Shown here: positions 1-8,490 of the stretch, piece by piece | Layout of the letters: every line of letters starts with the position of its first letter | Numbering within the stretch: position 1 is the stretch's first letter | From: Candidatus Poribacteria bacterium | GTDB lineage: Bacteria; Poribacteria; WGA-4E; PCPOR2b | DNA length: 64,000 nucleotides | Direction of reading: 5' to 3' | NCBI GenBank assembly: GCA_022822005.1 | Contig: JAJECO010000040.1 | Span: 192,090-256,089, forward strand | The notes under the pieces: model-generated | What the model was told of the DNA's origin: nothing | What the model saw: the letters and a program-made list of their open reading frames with translations, nothing else | Databases searched by the model: none | Made by a program: the position numbers and the translations under genes

Positions 1-566
1 ACCCACTGTCGGCGAACGAGGGTGTTGATGCAGTGGAGCATAAACAGCAGGATCAGCGTGAACACTGTCCAGACTATCATGGGACGCATCCAAGCTTTGA
101 AGTGCTTAGGCTCGTAAAATGAGGAATCCCCTTCGTAGTATCCGGTTAATACGGCCTCGGGTGCACTGGCAGTAAACCAAGGTGGGATATAATGAAAAAA
201 GAGTTCCTTCCATTCATTCTCTTGGGTTGCAAATTGGTAGGGGTGAAGAGCTATAGCAAATAGGTCCTGCAACATCCCATACGATGCGATCGAAGTCGAA
301 ATCACAATCATAGAGTAGATGGTGAGGAGTTCTCCAGCCGAGAATTGAAATCGTGGCCAAAGCCGCAATATACCATTGTTGAACACGACCAGCCAGAACA
401 GGAGAAAGATCGGATAGATGAATATCGGCAGCGCAGTCGCTTCCGCCCGGTATTTCATCTCCGTAATTGTCACCCAATAGGTATTGAAGGCGACAAGCGC
501 GAGACCAATCAGGATAGCGCGTGCTGTTGCCCCTTTAGACCTCGGCTGTGTTTTAATTTCTTCCAA
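1..566 (-). CDS. Polytopic membrane protein, partial (3' end beyond window); paralog of the 44900..46849 membrane protein (DUF6785-like)
   Basis: Manual translation of minus strand from a TTG at 566 gives MEEIKTQPRSKGATARAILIGLALVAFNTYWVTITEMKYRAEA...ELLTIYSMIVISTSIASYG...ENEWKELFFHYIPPWFTASAPEAVLTGYYEGDSSFYEPKHFKAWMRPMIVWTVFTLILLFMLHCINTLVRRQW. It is colinear with the N-terminal 200 aa of the 659-aa protein at 44870..46849 (shared LIRRQW, ENEWK, FYEGG motifs). Not in the ORF track because it has a non-ATG start and runs off the edge. Confidence 0.6.
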   Translation of the reverse strand, partial: MEEIKTQPRSKGATARAILIGLALVAFNTYWVTITEMKYRAEATALPIFIYPIFLLFWLVVFNNGILRLWPRFQFSAGELLTIYSMIVISTSIASYGMLQDLFAIALHPYQFATQENEWKELFFHYIPPWFTASAPEAVLTGYYEGDSSFYEPKHFKAWMRPMIVWTVFTLILLFMLHCINTLVRRQW

Positions 567-615
567 TCAAAATCTCCATTTTACAGATGACATGAGAAGC
601 GGATATGATATACCT

Positions 616-1593
616 TCATACACTCAGGACTTTCCCTTCTCTGGCTGATTGGTAAATTTTCTCCAACAGAGCAACGGTTCGGCGCCCTTCCCTGCCATCA
701 ACCCTCAGGTCTCCACCTTCCTCAAAAGCCTGAACAAAATCTTCGATGATACTGTGAACAGGGTTCTCGATTTGCTGAAGACGATCCTCCAGTCCTTCTC
801 CGAAGACGCGCATCTTCCCACCAAGCACATCGTCAACCAGAATTCCACCTTCGGTTCCATGCACTTCCGCGCTGAAATAGACGCTTGTCGGGAAGGTAGT
901 CGTACCCACAATCGCTCCCTTCGCTCCGCTCTTGAAGTTCACGATTGCAAGCCCAATGTCCTCGGTTTCGATATCATGGTTCATAATTGCCATCTCGCCG
1001 TAGACCGATTCAAAATCACCCATGAACCAAGAGATAAGGTCAAGCAAGTGGGCCCCCTGATTCGCCAGAGATCCGCCGCCATCCATCTCCCATGTTCCAC
1101 GCCAGCCACCGTTGCGTTCAAAATAATCGTCGGCTCTGAACCACTTGAAGCGGACTTCGCCCAGAATGGGCTTACCGAGCCAGCCACGGTGGAGGGCTTC
1201 CGCGACACGGTAGTTAGTGTCCACGTAACGACTCTGATAATCGACACCCAGCATGACACCTGCATCCTCGCACTCAGCGATGAGGCGATCACAAGCTTCG
1301 GTGGAAACATCCATCGGCTTGGTCGTAATTACATGCTTCCCCGCCTGTGCTGCACGGATCCCGAGTGCTGAGTGAGTCCCACTTGGTGTCATCACCATCA
1401 CGCAATCGATATCGCTCCGCCCCAAGATATCATCCAGATTCAGCGTCCATTCCGTGTCGAGCTCTTCGGCTATCCGCTTAGCAAGGGATTCGTTCAAATC
1501 GACAACGCATTTCAGTTCGGCCCCTTCGGTATCTTTAATCATCCGAGCGCGGCTGCTGCCCACGCCTAAACCCACTACTGCGAAATTGACCAT
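616..1593 (-). CDS. Gfo/Idh/MocA family NAD(P)-dependent oxidoreductase
   Basis: N-terminus MVNFAVVGLGVGSS...VVDLN, a Rossmann GxGxxG motif typical of Gfo/Idh/MocA. Full-length 325 aa. Lies directly upstream of the partial membrane-protein gene on the same strand. Confidence 0.8.
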   Translation of the reverse strand: MVNFAVVGLGVGSSRARMIKDTEGAELKCVVDLNESLAKRIAEELDTEWTLNLDDILGRSDIDCVMVMTPSGTHSALGIRAAQAGKHVITTKPMDVSTEACDRLIAECEDAGVMLGVDYQSRYVDTNYRVAEALHRGWLGKPILGEVRFKWFRADDYFERNGGWRGTWEMDGGGSLANQGAHLLDLISWFMGDFESVYGEMAIMNHDIETEDIGLAIVNFKSGAKGAIVGTTTFPTSVYFSAEVHGTEGGILVDDVLGGKMRVFGEGLEDRLQQIENPVHSIIEDFVQAFEEGGDLRVDGREGRRTVALLEKIYQSAREGKVLSV

Positions 1594-1864
1594 ATCATAA
1601 AATCCTTTTTGCGCAACATTCCCTTACCGCTAGAGTTCCGGCGCAGTGTGCTTACACACATCTCACGCCCGACAGAATCTATCGGTCGCAATTTTCCTAA
1701 ATATTGGAATAATTCAACAGATTTCGGGATTTGTATCCCTAGTTTAGATAATCAGCAACATACCCTCATCACATGTAAAGTGTGTATTTTAGCACCCTCT
1801 TTCAACGTTGGCAAGTGGAAAAAAGGATCATGGTCTAAAAGAAGTCTGATCCAAAGATTAATCA

Positions 1865-1894
1865 TTGAAAGGAATGTCTAAAATATGCTATAAT
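1865..1894 (+). promoter_or_regulatory. Sigma70-like promoter (TTGAAA-18-TATAAT) upstream of the CBS-domain gene
   Basis: ttgaaa ggaatgtctaaaatatgc tataat read directly in sequence, about 35 nt upstream of the ORF start at 1927. Confidence 0.35.
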
Positions 1895-1926
1895 TAGTTC
1901 AGTTTCGTATACTGAATCCCAATCCT

Positions 1927-2958
1927 ATGGTACAAGTTCCTTTAGTAAAATCACCCCGATTAACCGAAATAGGAGTGAAACACGAATTGAAAACAGAACG
2001 ATCAAAAAACACGAAAAAGAGCCCTGAAAACACGAAAAATACAACCGATTCGCTGGTTGTGGCAGCCAGCCCCAGACAAACGCTTCCTACGCCGGCAAGT
2101 ACAGCTAAACCGGAACGTGGCTTGTTCGGGAAACGGAAACTTAGGGGAGATCCTAAAGCAGAGCAGATTAGACAGATTGTGCTCGACAATGTTGACGTTT
2201 TCTCGGAGCCTGACGCGCGGATGTTACGCGGGATTTTTGCTCTTGGGAAGACAACTGCTCGGGAAATCATGATTCCCTTGTCGGAAATGGTGGCGGTTCA
2301 TATTGCCACGCCGATTGAGCAGGCGAAAGCGACGGTCCAATATACTAACTATCAGTATGTTCCAATCTATGATGAACGGATTGATCGGTTAACAGGAATC
2401 ATCAGTGTCATGGACATTCTGTACGCGCCACAAGGAACCAACGAACTCAATCCGTTTATTAGGACGGCATACTATATCCCAGAGACAAAACTGATAGGCG
2501 AGTTGCTTGAGGAGCTGCGCCTCGCCGCGGAACCGGTAACTATCGTGATTGACGAACACGGAAGCTGTGTTGGATTTATAGGGATAGAGGATCTCCTTGA
2601 GCAGGTCATAGGTGACATTCGCCATTCCCATAAGCGGCAGCCGCTACACGTTGAAGCACTTGGCAATAATTCATGGATACTTGATGCGCGGACGCCACTT
2701 GACGTCGTTAATTCGACACTACGCACAAATATTCCCAAAGATCGTTCCGATACGATCGGAGGGTTTATGCTAAAACTGATCGGGCGATTACCGGAACAGG
2801 GCGAGAAAGTGACCTATGATGCCATTGAGTACACCGTTGATGAGGTCTTTGATTACGGTATTACCGTCATTCATGCTAACAAGATGCCATCACCAGCTTC
2901 AAGCAACGAGTCCAGTGGTTGGGGTGCTGTTACACAGAAATTAACAGGTTCGTCGTAA
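1927..2958 (+). CDS. CBS-pair plus CorC/HlyC C-terminal domain protein (TlyC/CorC family) lacking the DUF21 membrane domain; Lys-rich N-terminal region
   Basis: Linker and CBS region ...ARMLRGIFALGKTTAREIMIP...VPIYDERIDRLTGIISVMDIL... and transporter-associated domain ...DTIGGFMLKLIGRLPEQGEKVTYDAIEYTVDEVFDYGITVIHANKM. N-terminal 60 aa is K/T-rich low complexity, so the true start may be internal. Confidence 0.7.
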   Translation: MVQVPLVKSPRLTEIGVKHELKTERSKNTKKSPENTKNTTDSLVVAASPRQTLPTPASTAKPERGLFGKRKLRGDPKAEQIRQIVLDNVDVFSEPDARMLRGIFALGKTTAREIMIPLSEMVAVHIATPIEQAKATVQYTNYQYVPIYDERIDRLTGIISVMDILYAPQGTNELNPFIRTAYYIPETKLIGELLEELRLAAEPVTIVIDEHGSCVGFIGIEDLLEQVIGDIRHSHKRQPLHVEALGNNSWILDARTPLDVVNSTLRTNIPKDRSDTIGGFMLKLIGRLPEQGEKVTYDAIEYTVDEVFDYGITVIHANKMPSPASSNESSGWGAVTQKLTGSS

Positions 2959-3085
2959 CGAACTCTTCGTGCTATTTTACACATCTTGAAACCACCACGC
3001 CCTTGTCTTGTTTTACGCCTCACCTACAACAGCATGAGGCGTATCCCCTCAGAACGATTGATTAACAGACCATCTCTCCCCGCCC

Positions 3086-4252
3086 ATGTCCAAAGAGCAC
3101 TGGCTGAAATCCGAACTAAACCAGCTTAATCAAGCCGGGCTCTCGCGATCGCTACGTTCGGTCATGACAGCACCAACAGGGCGTATTCTGCTTGATGGAC
3201 GCGAGGTAATTCTCCTCGGATCAAACAACTACCTCGGTCTAAGTGTGCACCCTACAGTGATTGAAGCTGCCGCGACAGCTTTGCGAATATACGGAACAGG
3301 TGCTAGCGCCTCCCGCCTGATGTCGGGCAATTCTCACCTTTACACCGAACTCGAGACAAAAATTGCGAGAGCTAAAGGAACGGAAGCCGCTCTTGTTTTT
3401 AGCTCTGGATATCTAGCGAATATTGGCACAATCCCCGCACTGGCAGGTGATAAGGACCTCATTCTGAGTGATGCCCTCAATCACGCAAGCATTATCGATG
3501 GCTGCCGTCTGAGTCCGGCGACAAAACAGATTTATCGACACTGCGATGTCGAACATCTGGAATCGCTGCTGTCACAATCGACAAAATGCAAACGGAGACT
3601 CATTGTGACCGATGGAGTATTCAGCATGGATGGTGACATCGCACCGCTCCCTGAAATCTGTGAGCTGGCTGAACGGTATGACGCTATGGTGATGGTGGAT
3701 GATGCACACGGTTTTGGGGTTTTGGGAGAAACCGGCGGGGGGACAATTGAACATTTTGGACTGGAGGATCGCGGTGTTATCCAGATGGGAACATTGAGCA
3801 AAGCAATTGGCGGGCTGGGAGGATATGTCGCTGGCAGTGCTAATTTGATTGACTTTCTAATAAACCGGGCACGGGGGTTCATTTTTACAACAGGGCTGCC
3901 ACCAGCAACGTTGGCGGGCGCTTCGGCAGCGATTGGCGTCATCCGCTCTAGTCCGGGTTTACGCCAACAGCTCTCCCGCAACGTTCTCCTGCTCAAAAAT
4001 GCTTTGCTCGAAAGGGGATTCCAACTCCTGCCGAGCCAAACCCAAATTCTTCCGCTAATGCTTGGCTCTGTAGAAGTTGCAGCACGTTTCGCTGAAGCTT
4101 TGCTTGAACACGGTGTGTACGCCCCCGCTATTCGGCCTCCTACTGTGCCAGAAGGGACAAGCCGATTGCGGATTTCTGTGATAGCTTCCCACACAACGGA
4201 AGATTTAAAAACGGCGATCACGGGGCTTGAAGCAGCAAGAGCTGCCACATAG
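3086..4252 (+). CDS. bioF: 8-amino-7-oxononanoate synthase / 2-amino-3-ketobutyrate CoA ligase family (class II aminotransferase, PLP)
   Basis: LLGSNNYLGL, SGYLANIG, DGVFSMDGDIAPL, VDDAHGFGVLG and the PLP-lysine context GTLSKAIGGLGGY are hallmarks of the BioF/KBL family. Confidence 0.8.
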   Translation: MSKEHWLKSELNQLNQAGLSRSLRSVMTAPTGRILLDGREVILLGSNNYLGLSVHPTVIEAAATALRIYGTGASASRLMSGNSHLYTELETKIARAKGTEAALVFSSGYLANIGTIPALAGDKDLILSDALNHASIIDGCRLSPATKQIYRHCDVEHLESLLSQSTKCKRRLIVTDGVFSMDGDIAPLPEICELAERYDAMVMVDDAHGFGVLGETGGGTIEHFGLEDRGVIQMGTLSKAIGGLGGYVAGSANLIDFLINRARGFIFTTGLPPATLAGASAAIGVIRSSPGLRQQLSRNVLLLKNALLERGFQLLPSQTQILPLMLGSVEVAARFAEALLEHGVYAPAIRPPTVPEGTSRLRISVIASHTTEDLKTAITGLEAARAAT

Positions 4253-4345
4253 CCGAACGGCAAGGCTCGACCAAAGCGGTACGATTAGCAGAACGCTGAT
4301 ATGAGTGAGACAGAACCAATCATCGAAACATTGTAGTGACACCAC

Positions 4346-5086
4346 TTAGCCAATCTTCAACAACTCAATCTGATCGAATGCCGTAATCTCTGGTAGGTCA
4401 TGCCCAACTTCGACTTCGGCATTGCCGGGCCGTTTGCACAAGCAGGTCTGTAACCCAGCGGTACGGGCTGCTTCTAGCTCAGCAAGCACGTCACTCAAGA
4501 AAAGAATTTCTTCCGGCAGCAGGCCGAAGTTTCTGGCAATTGCACGGTAACTCTCCGCTTCCTTTTTCGGACCAGTGGTTGTATCATAATGGCCTTGAAA
4601 CAGGTGCAGCATGTTTCCCCCTACCGTATGTCCAAAAAACAGTTTCTGCGCTGCAATGCTTCCAGATGAGTAAATTCGGATATCGCATCCGGCGTTGTTC
4701 CACGCTTGAATTGCAGGTAGAACATCATCGTAGATGTGTGCCCGCATTTCGCCACTTTCAAACCCAGACTGCCAAATTAAGCCCTGAAGTGCTTTCAACC
4801 CCGTGGCTTTGACATCGCCATCCATCAACCGAAGGACCTCTTTCCCGATTAGTTGTTGACCCTTGCTCTTCTCACTCCCGCTCCCACACCACGCATCAAA
4901 AGACTCATAGCCGGTATCTTTGGCAATCAGGTCGCACACCTCGTTTAACACCGGCGAGCCCCAATTCGCGCGCAGATATTGATCCAATTCGCGACGCGCA
5001 AATGGGAACATGACATCATAGACAAAGCTGACTGATGAAGTTGTCCCTTCGATATCAAGCAGGATTCCACGTCCAGAAAATTTCAT
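4346..5086 (-). CDS. mtnC: Enolase-phosphatase E1 (2,3-diketo-5-methylthio-1-phosphopentane phosphatase), HAD superfamily
   Basis: [30 protein letters not shown] matches the MtnC N-terminus (DxExT HAD motif I). Start trimmed to the ATG at 5086, which overlaps the stop of the upstream gene (ATGA). Confidence 0.75.
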   Translation of the reverse strand: MKFSGRGILLDIEGTTSSVSFVYDVMFPFARRELDQYLRANWGSPVLNEVCDLIAKDTGYESFDAWCGSGSEKSKGQQLIGKEVLRLMDGDVKATGLKALQGLIWQSGFESGEMRAHIYDDVLPAIQAWNNAGCDIRIYSSGSIAAQKLFFGHTVGGNMLHLFQGHYDTTTGPKKEAESYRAIARNFGLLPEEILFLSDVLAELEAARTAGLQTCLCKRPGNAEVEVGHDLPEITAFDQIELLKIG

Positions 5087-5688
5087 CAGACTTGTACCAC
5101 GGGCTCTACGTTGCTTGCAGAAGACAAGTAGGCTGGTCCCATGCAGACAGGCGTATAATCCCCATGCACGGGATTGTCTACGTAGTGGGGGGTCCAACCT
5201 GATGTATCCTCAAATAAACGGATGCAGCGGATGGTGCGGTCATCGCACAGATCGAACCAGTGCTGAGTTCCGGTCGGCACGCTGATTAGATCACCACTTT
5301 CCACTTGGATTGCGAAGACAGGCGCATCATCTGGATGAATGTGAAAGAGTCCGCTGCCTTTGATAGTGAAGCGGACTTCATCCTCGCTATGTGTATGTTC
5401 TTTGTTGAATTTTGCCAACATGTCCTCTAAACCGGGCGTATCTGGCGTGACATTAATAACATCCGCCGTTACAAATCCACCTTGTTCCTTGAGGCGTTCA
5501 ATCTCTGGGGAATAAGCGTCCAGAATTTCTTCGTTTGTTGCCTCGGGACCAACGCGCCCTTCGACATCCCATTTTTCATACGAGATACCGAATGGCTTTA
5601 GAAATTCGCTAATCTCTTGATGGTCGGTGATTTCTCGGTTTTCGTCCTGCACTCGAATGCAAGCCATAATGTTCCTCCTTAATTTCAA
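5086..5688 (-). CDS. mtnD: Acireductone dioxygenase (ARD), cupin
   Basis: Cupin His/Glu ligands in ...[34 protein letters not shown]... It lies between mtnB and mtnC. Start is possibly at MACIRV (5664). Confidence 0.75.
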   Translation of the reverse strand: MKLRRNIMACIRVQDENREITDHQEISEFLKPFGISYEKWDVEGRVGPEATNEEILDAYSPEIERLKEQGGFVTADVINVTPDTPGLEDMLAKFNKEHTHSEDEVRFTIKGSGLFHIHPDDAPVFAIQVESGDLISVPTGTQHWFDLCDDRTIRCIRLFEDTSGWTPHYVDNPVHGDYTPVCMGPAYLSSASNVEPVVQV

Positions 5689-6387
5689 TCAGGGGTTGCT
5701 TGCTGAAGTCGGCATCGCTTCGGCAAATGTCAGACGCCGAACAACGCATTCAAATAGAAACTCAAAGATCTCAATATGCCGTTTCGCTTCGTCTAGATCG
5801 TGTCCCCATGTATACAGACCGTGCCGCCGGATTAAGAATCCGTGCTGAATAGGAGACTGGGAATTCTTGAGGCATTGGCGAACCTGCTCGGATAGCGCCG
5901 GGATATCCTGCGTATTTTCAAAAACGGGCACCCATTCAGCGTGTTCATGGGACGTTACGCCGGCAAGCCCCTTAAGCATTTCATAACCTTCGATTCCAAA
6001 ACCGCTGTCCTGAAAATAAAAATCTGACAGCAGCGTCCCCCAGATGGAGTGGGTATGCATGACCGCCCCAACCTCAGGTTGTTCAGCGATAGCAATGTGC
6101 AGTAACGTCTCTGCAGATGCTTTCGGCTGCTCGATAGTAACGGGGCGTCCCTCGCCGTCCACACGCACAAAATCGCGCCGCGATAGACGACCTTTATCTT
6201 TTCCGCTTGCAGTGATCAGCAACTCCAGCGGGTCACGACAAGTCACCACACTGTAGTTACTACTCGTGCCGAGGGACCAACCACGAGTGTAAAACTGATT
6301 GCCAATCTCGCGTAGTACGTCTATCTCTTTTTCAAAACCTTTAAGAGCTGTCCCGAATAAATCCAAAGCCTTCTCCCTATGATTCAT
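5689..6387 (-). CDS. mtnB: Methylthioribulose-1-phosphate dehydratase (class II aldolase/adducin family)
   Basis: MNHREKALDLFG...ITASGKDKGRL...MHTHSIWGTLLS, a class II aldolase fold. Operon context with mtnD and mtnC. Start taken at the internal Met (the ORF extends to 6477). Confidence 0.7.
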   Translation of the reverse strand: MNHREKALDLFGTALKGFEKEIDVLREIGNQFYTRGWSLGTSSNYSVVTCRDPLELLITASGKDKGRLSRRDFVRVDGEGRPVTIEQPKASAETLLHIAIAEQPEVGAVMHTHSIWGTLLSDFYFQDSGFGIEGYEMLKGLAGVTSHEHAEWVPVFENTQDIPALSEQVRQCLKNSQSPIQHGFLIRRHGLYTWGHDLDEAKRHIEIFEFLFECVVRRLTFAEAMPTSASNP

Positions 6388-6584
6388 TGCGAGAAAATGT
6401 GAAGTGGTGTCTTGGGGATTTTCTGTTTTTCCTTTGACAAAAGAACGGAACCGGGTAAAATATTGTAGCGCATTCAACGAGAGACATCAAGCGAAAGCAG
6501 CACCCGCAGAACATGGGCAACCGTGAACGCAAAATGTTTCCAATTACCGAAGCCATCATACAGCCGCAAGTAGGAGATAACATA

Positions 6585-7406
6585 ATGGAATTAACGCAAC
6601 AGGACATTAACCAATTTCAAGAACAGGGGTATCTCGCTATGCCCGAATTTTTCTCTCCACGCGAGGTAAAGGCAATGCAGGCTGAACTCGACCGCCTGTT
6701 CCGAGAAGGCTCGTTGCGCAACGTCGCAACCGATGGCGACGGGAAAACACATTCAACCACACAGTTCAACTTCCAGATTTGTCCGATTTACCATAAGAGC
6801 CACTTCTTCAGAGCAATGCCGTTTGATCCAAAAATCATCGAAGTAGTGACACAACTCATCGGGGACAGGATCATCGAACATCTGGACCAGATTTTTCTGA
6901 AACCTGGTCATACAGGCTCACCTACCAATTGGCATCAGGACAACGCCTATTTCAAGATTAGCAACCCTTTGCGCGGCACAGCAATGTGGACAGCCATCCA
7001 CGATGCAACCGTTGCTAACGGAACGCTTCGTGTCATTCCCGGCTCTCATCGTGAGCAGTATGACCACTCCCGCGATCCCCACAGTGACCATCATATCCGA
7101 TGTTACCCACCAGAAGAGCGCGCTGTCTCTCTTGAGTTACCCGCAGGAGGCGTCGCATTTTTCTGCTACGGCACCGCTCATGCGACCAGTCACAACAACA
7201 CCGCCCAATCGCGTGCTGGCTTGGCGATTCATTTTTTGCATACGGATTATGCTCAACCGCAGCTGGTCGAAGATGATCGGACGGCCCGCCCCTATCTGAC
7301 AGGTAAGGAAGCAACGGGTGGCCTCAAGGAATATGGTGTTAAGATCGAAGGGACTTGGGAGCAGGAAGTGGAACGTGTACTTGCTGAAGCTGAAACCGCT
7401 GCATAG
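6585..7406 (+). CDS. Phytanoyl-CoA dioxygenase (PhyH) family Fe(II)/2-oxoglutarate oxygenase
   Basis: ELTQQDINQFQEQGYLAMPEFFS...NWHQDNAYF...NGTLRVIPGSHRE: HxD...H facial triad and PhyH-type N-terminus. Start chosen at MELTQQ (the ORF begins at 6513). Confidence 0.75.
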   Translation: MELTQQDINQFQEQGYLAMPEFFSPREVKAMQAELDRLFREGSLRNVATDGDGKTHSTTQFNFQICPIYHKSHFFRAMPFDPKIIEVVTQLIGDRIIEHLDQIFLKPGHTGSPTNWHQDNAYFKISNPLRGTAMWTAIHDATVANGTLRVIPGSHREQYDHSRDPHSDHHIRCYPPEERAVSLELPAGGVAFFCYGTAHATSHNNTAQSRAGLAIHFLHTDYAQPQLVEDDRTARPYLTGKEATGGLKEYGVKIEGTWEQEVERVLAEAETAA

Positions 7407-7519
7407 CACGGGTATCAGTTGTAAATGTCCACAACCGAACTTACTGAATAGAGGGATTGTCTCAAGTTCAACAACCGTTGCGTTGTTCTTGTCAACCCTA
7501 CCGGCTTCTGTTCACCACA

Positions 7520-8395
7520 TTAACCCGGCAGTCTCGATTGAAGTGTTGATGGTGTGATATCTCGCACCTGCTGCTTCAATTGACGGATGAAGTCAACCTC
7601 AAGCCGACGGTTATGTTCAATCGCCCACTCCCGCGCATTGATCCGATTGCCGAGATAGAAGCGTGAACTCACCAAGCAGATCCCAACCGCATCCACATAA
7701 CGTTCCTCACGTATTGAATCCGCCAACAGGTAGAAAATAGCTGCACTGATTGCGCCTGATATCAGTCCCTTTTCCAGTTTGCCAGCGTAGATCTGCCCAG
7801 TTCCCGGAAGAAAGGTGGACAGCCACCCAGCCAACCGGGGAGACTTGAAGGGTAAAGGCGTATTTGCATAGGTTAGATCAGCAAGTCGAGCGGAGACCTG
7901 ACTCAGCGGGGTATCCAATTCGAGTTGTTGTACTGTGCGAAATTCCGCTATAGCTTTGAACCAAGCCTGTTCATGGATATAGCACCAACCCCGGAGGTAT
8001 CGTGCCTGCGCTGCTATCTCTTCATCTCCAGCTGTGTTAGCAACAGCAAAAAAAGTTGATCGGGCAGTCGAATAGCTTGCGGCATCAAAATAGATCTTGC
8101 CGAGCATTAATTGCGCTTGGAGGTTAAGTGGAGAGTCGGGAAAATTTCGCATGACTTCCTCAAACTTCTGTTGAGCTAGTTTTCCGTTCCCTTGATGATA
8201 ATAACTCAATCCAATCCGATAGCGCGCGAGATCTGCCTTAGGCATATCAGGATGATAGAAAAGTAGCCGCTTGTACTCAAGGATTGCAGAGTGATAAGCA
8301 CGTTGGTCGAAGAGGCGTTCGGCGTAGCGGAACTGACGTGTTTCGGGTTGGGGTTGAACGATGGTAAGCAAGGAAATCAAAAAGTAGGAGATCAT
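7520..8395 (-). CDS. TPR-repeat protein with C-terminal membrane segment (paralog of 8491..9441)
   Basis: Multiple 34-aa TPR-like helices (..YYHQGNGKLAQQKFEEV.., ..AQLMLGKIYFDAASYSTAR..). C-terminal SPRLAGWLSTFLPGTGQIYAGK followed by hydrophobic stretches. The ORF extends to 8485, but the first 30 aa are not signal-like, so the start is more likely MISYFLISLL (8395). Confidence 0.6.
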   Translation of the reverse strand: MISYFLISLLTIVQPQPETRQFRYAERLFDQRAYHSAILEYKRLLFYHPDMPKADLARYRIGLSYYHQGNGKLAQQKFEEVMRNFPDSPLNLQAQLMLGKIYFDAASYSTARSTFFAVANTAGDEEIAAQARYLRGWCYIHEQAWFKAIAEFRTVQQLELDTPLSQVSARLADLTYANTPLPFKSPRLAGWLSTFLPGTGQIYAGKLEKGLISGAISAAIFYLLADSIREERYVDAVGICLVSSRFYLGNRINAREWAIEHNRRLEVDFIRQLKQQVRDITPSTLQSRLPG

Positions 8396-8490
8396 TGGTA
8401 AATCGTTCCAAATATGTGAAATCAATTGAGAAGGTAAAAGAAAGGTTGGAGAATATCGACTCTTTCTTCCAACCCGACACCCCACAGATG

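Noticed and set aside
649-1371. 240-aa plus-strand ORF
   Set aside because: Antisense to the Gfo/Idh/MocA oxidoreductase. Shadow ORF.
2953-2975. Short hairpin (gttcg-tcgtaa-cgaac) at the CBS-gene stop as an intrinsic terminator
   Set aside because: Stem is only 5 bp and the downstream T-tract is weak. Not convincing as a rho-independent terminator.
3532-4263. 243-aa minus-strand ORF
   Set aside because: Antisense to bioF, with no motifs and Ser/Pro/Arg-rich shadow-frame composition.
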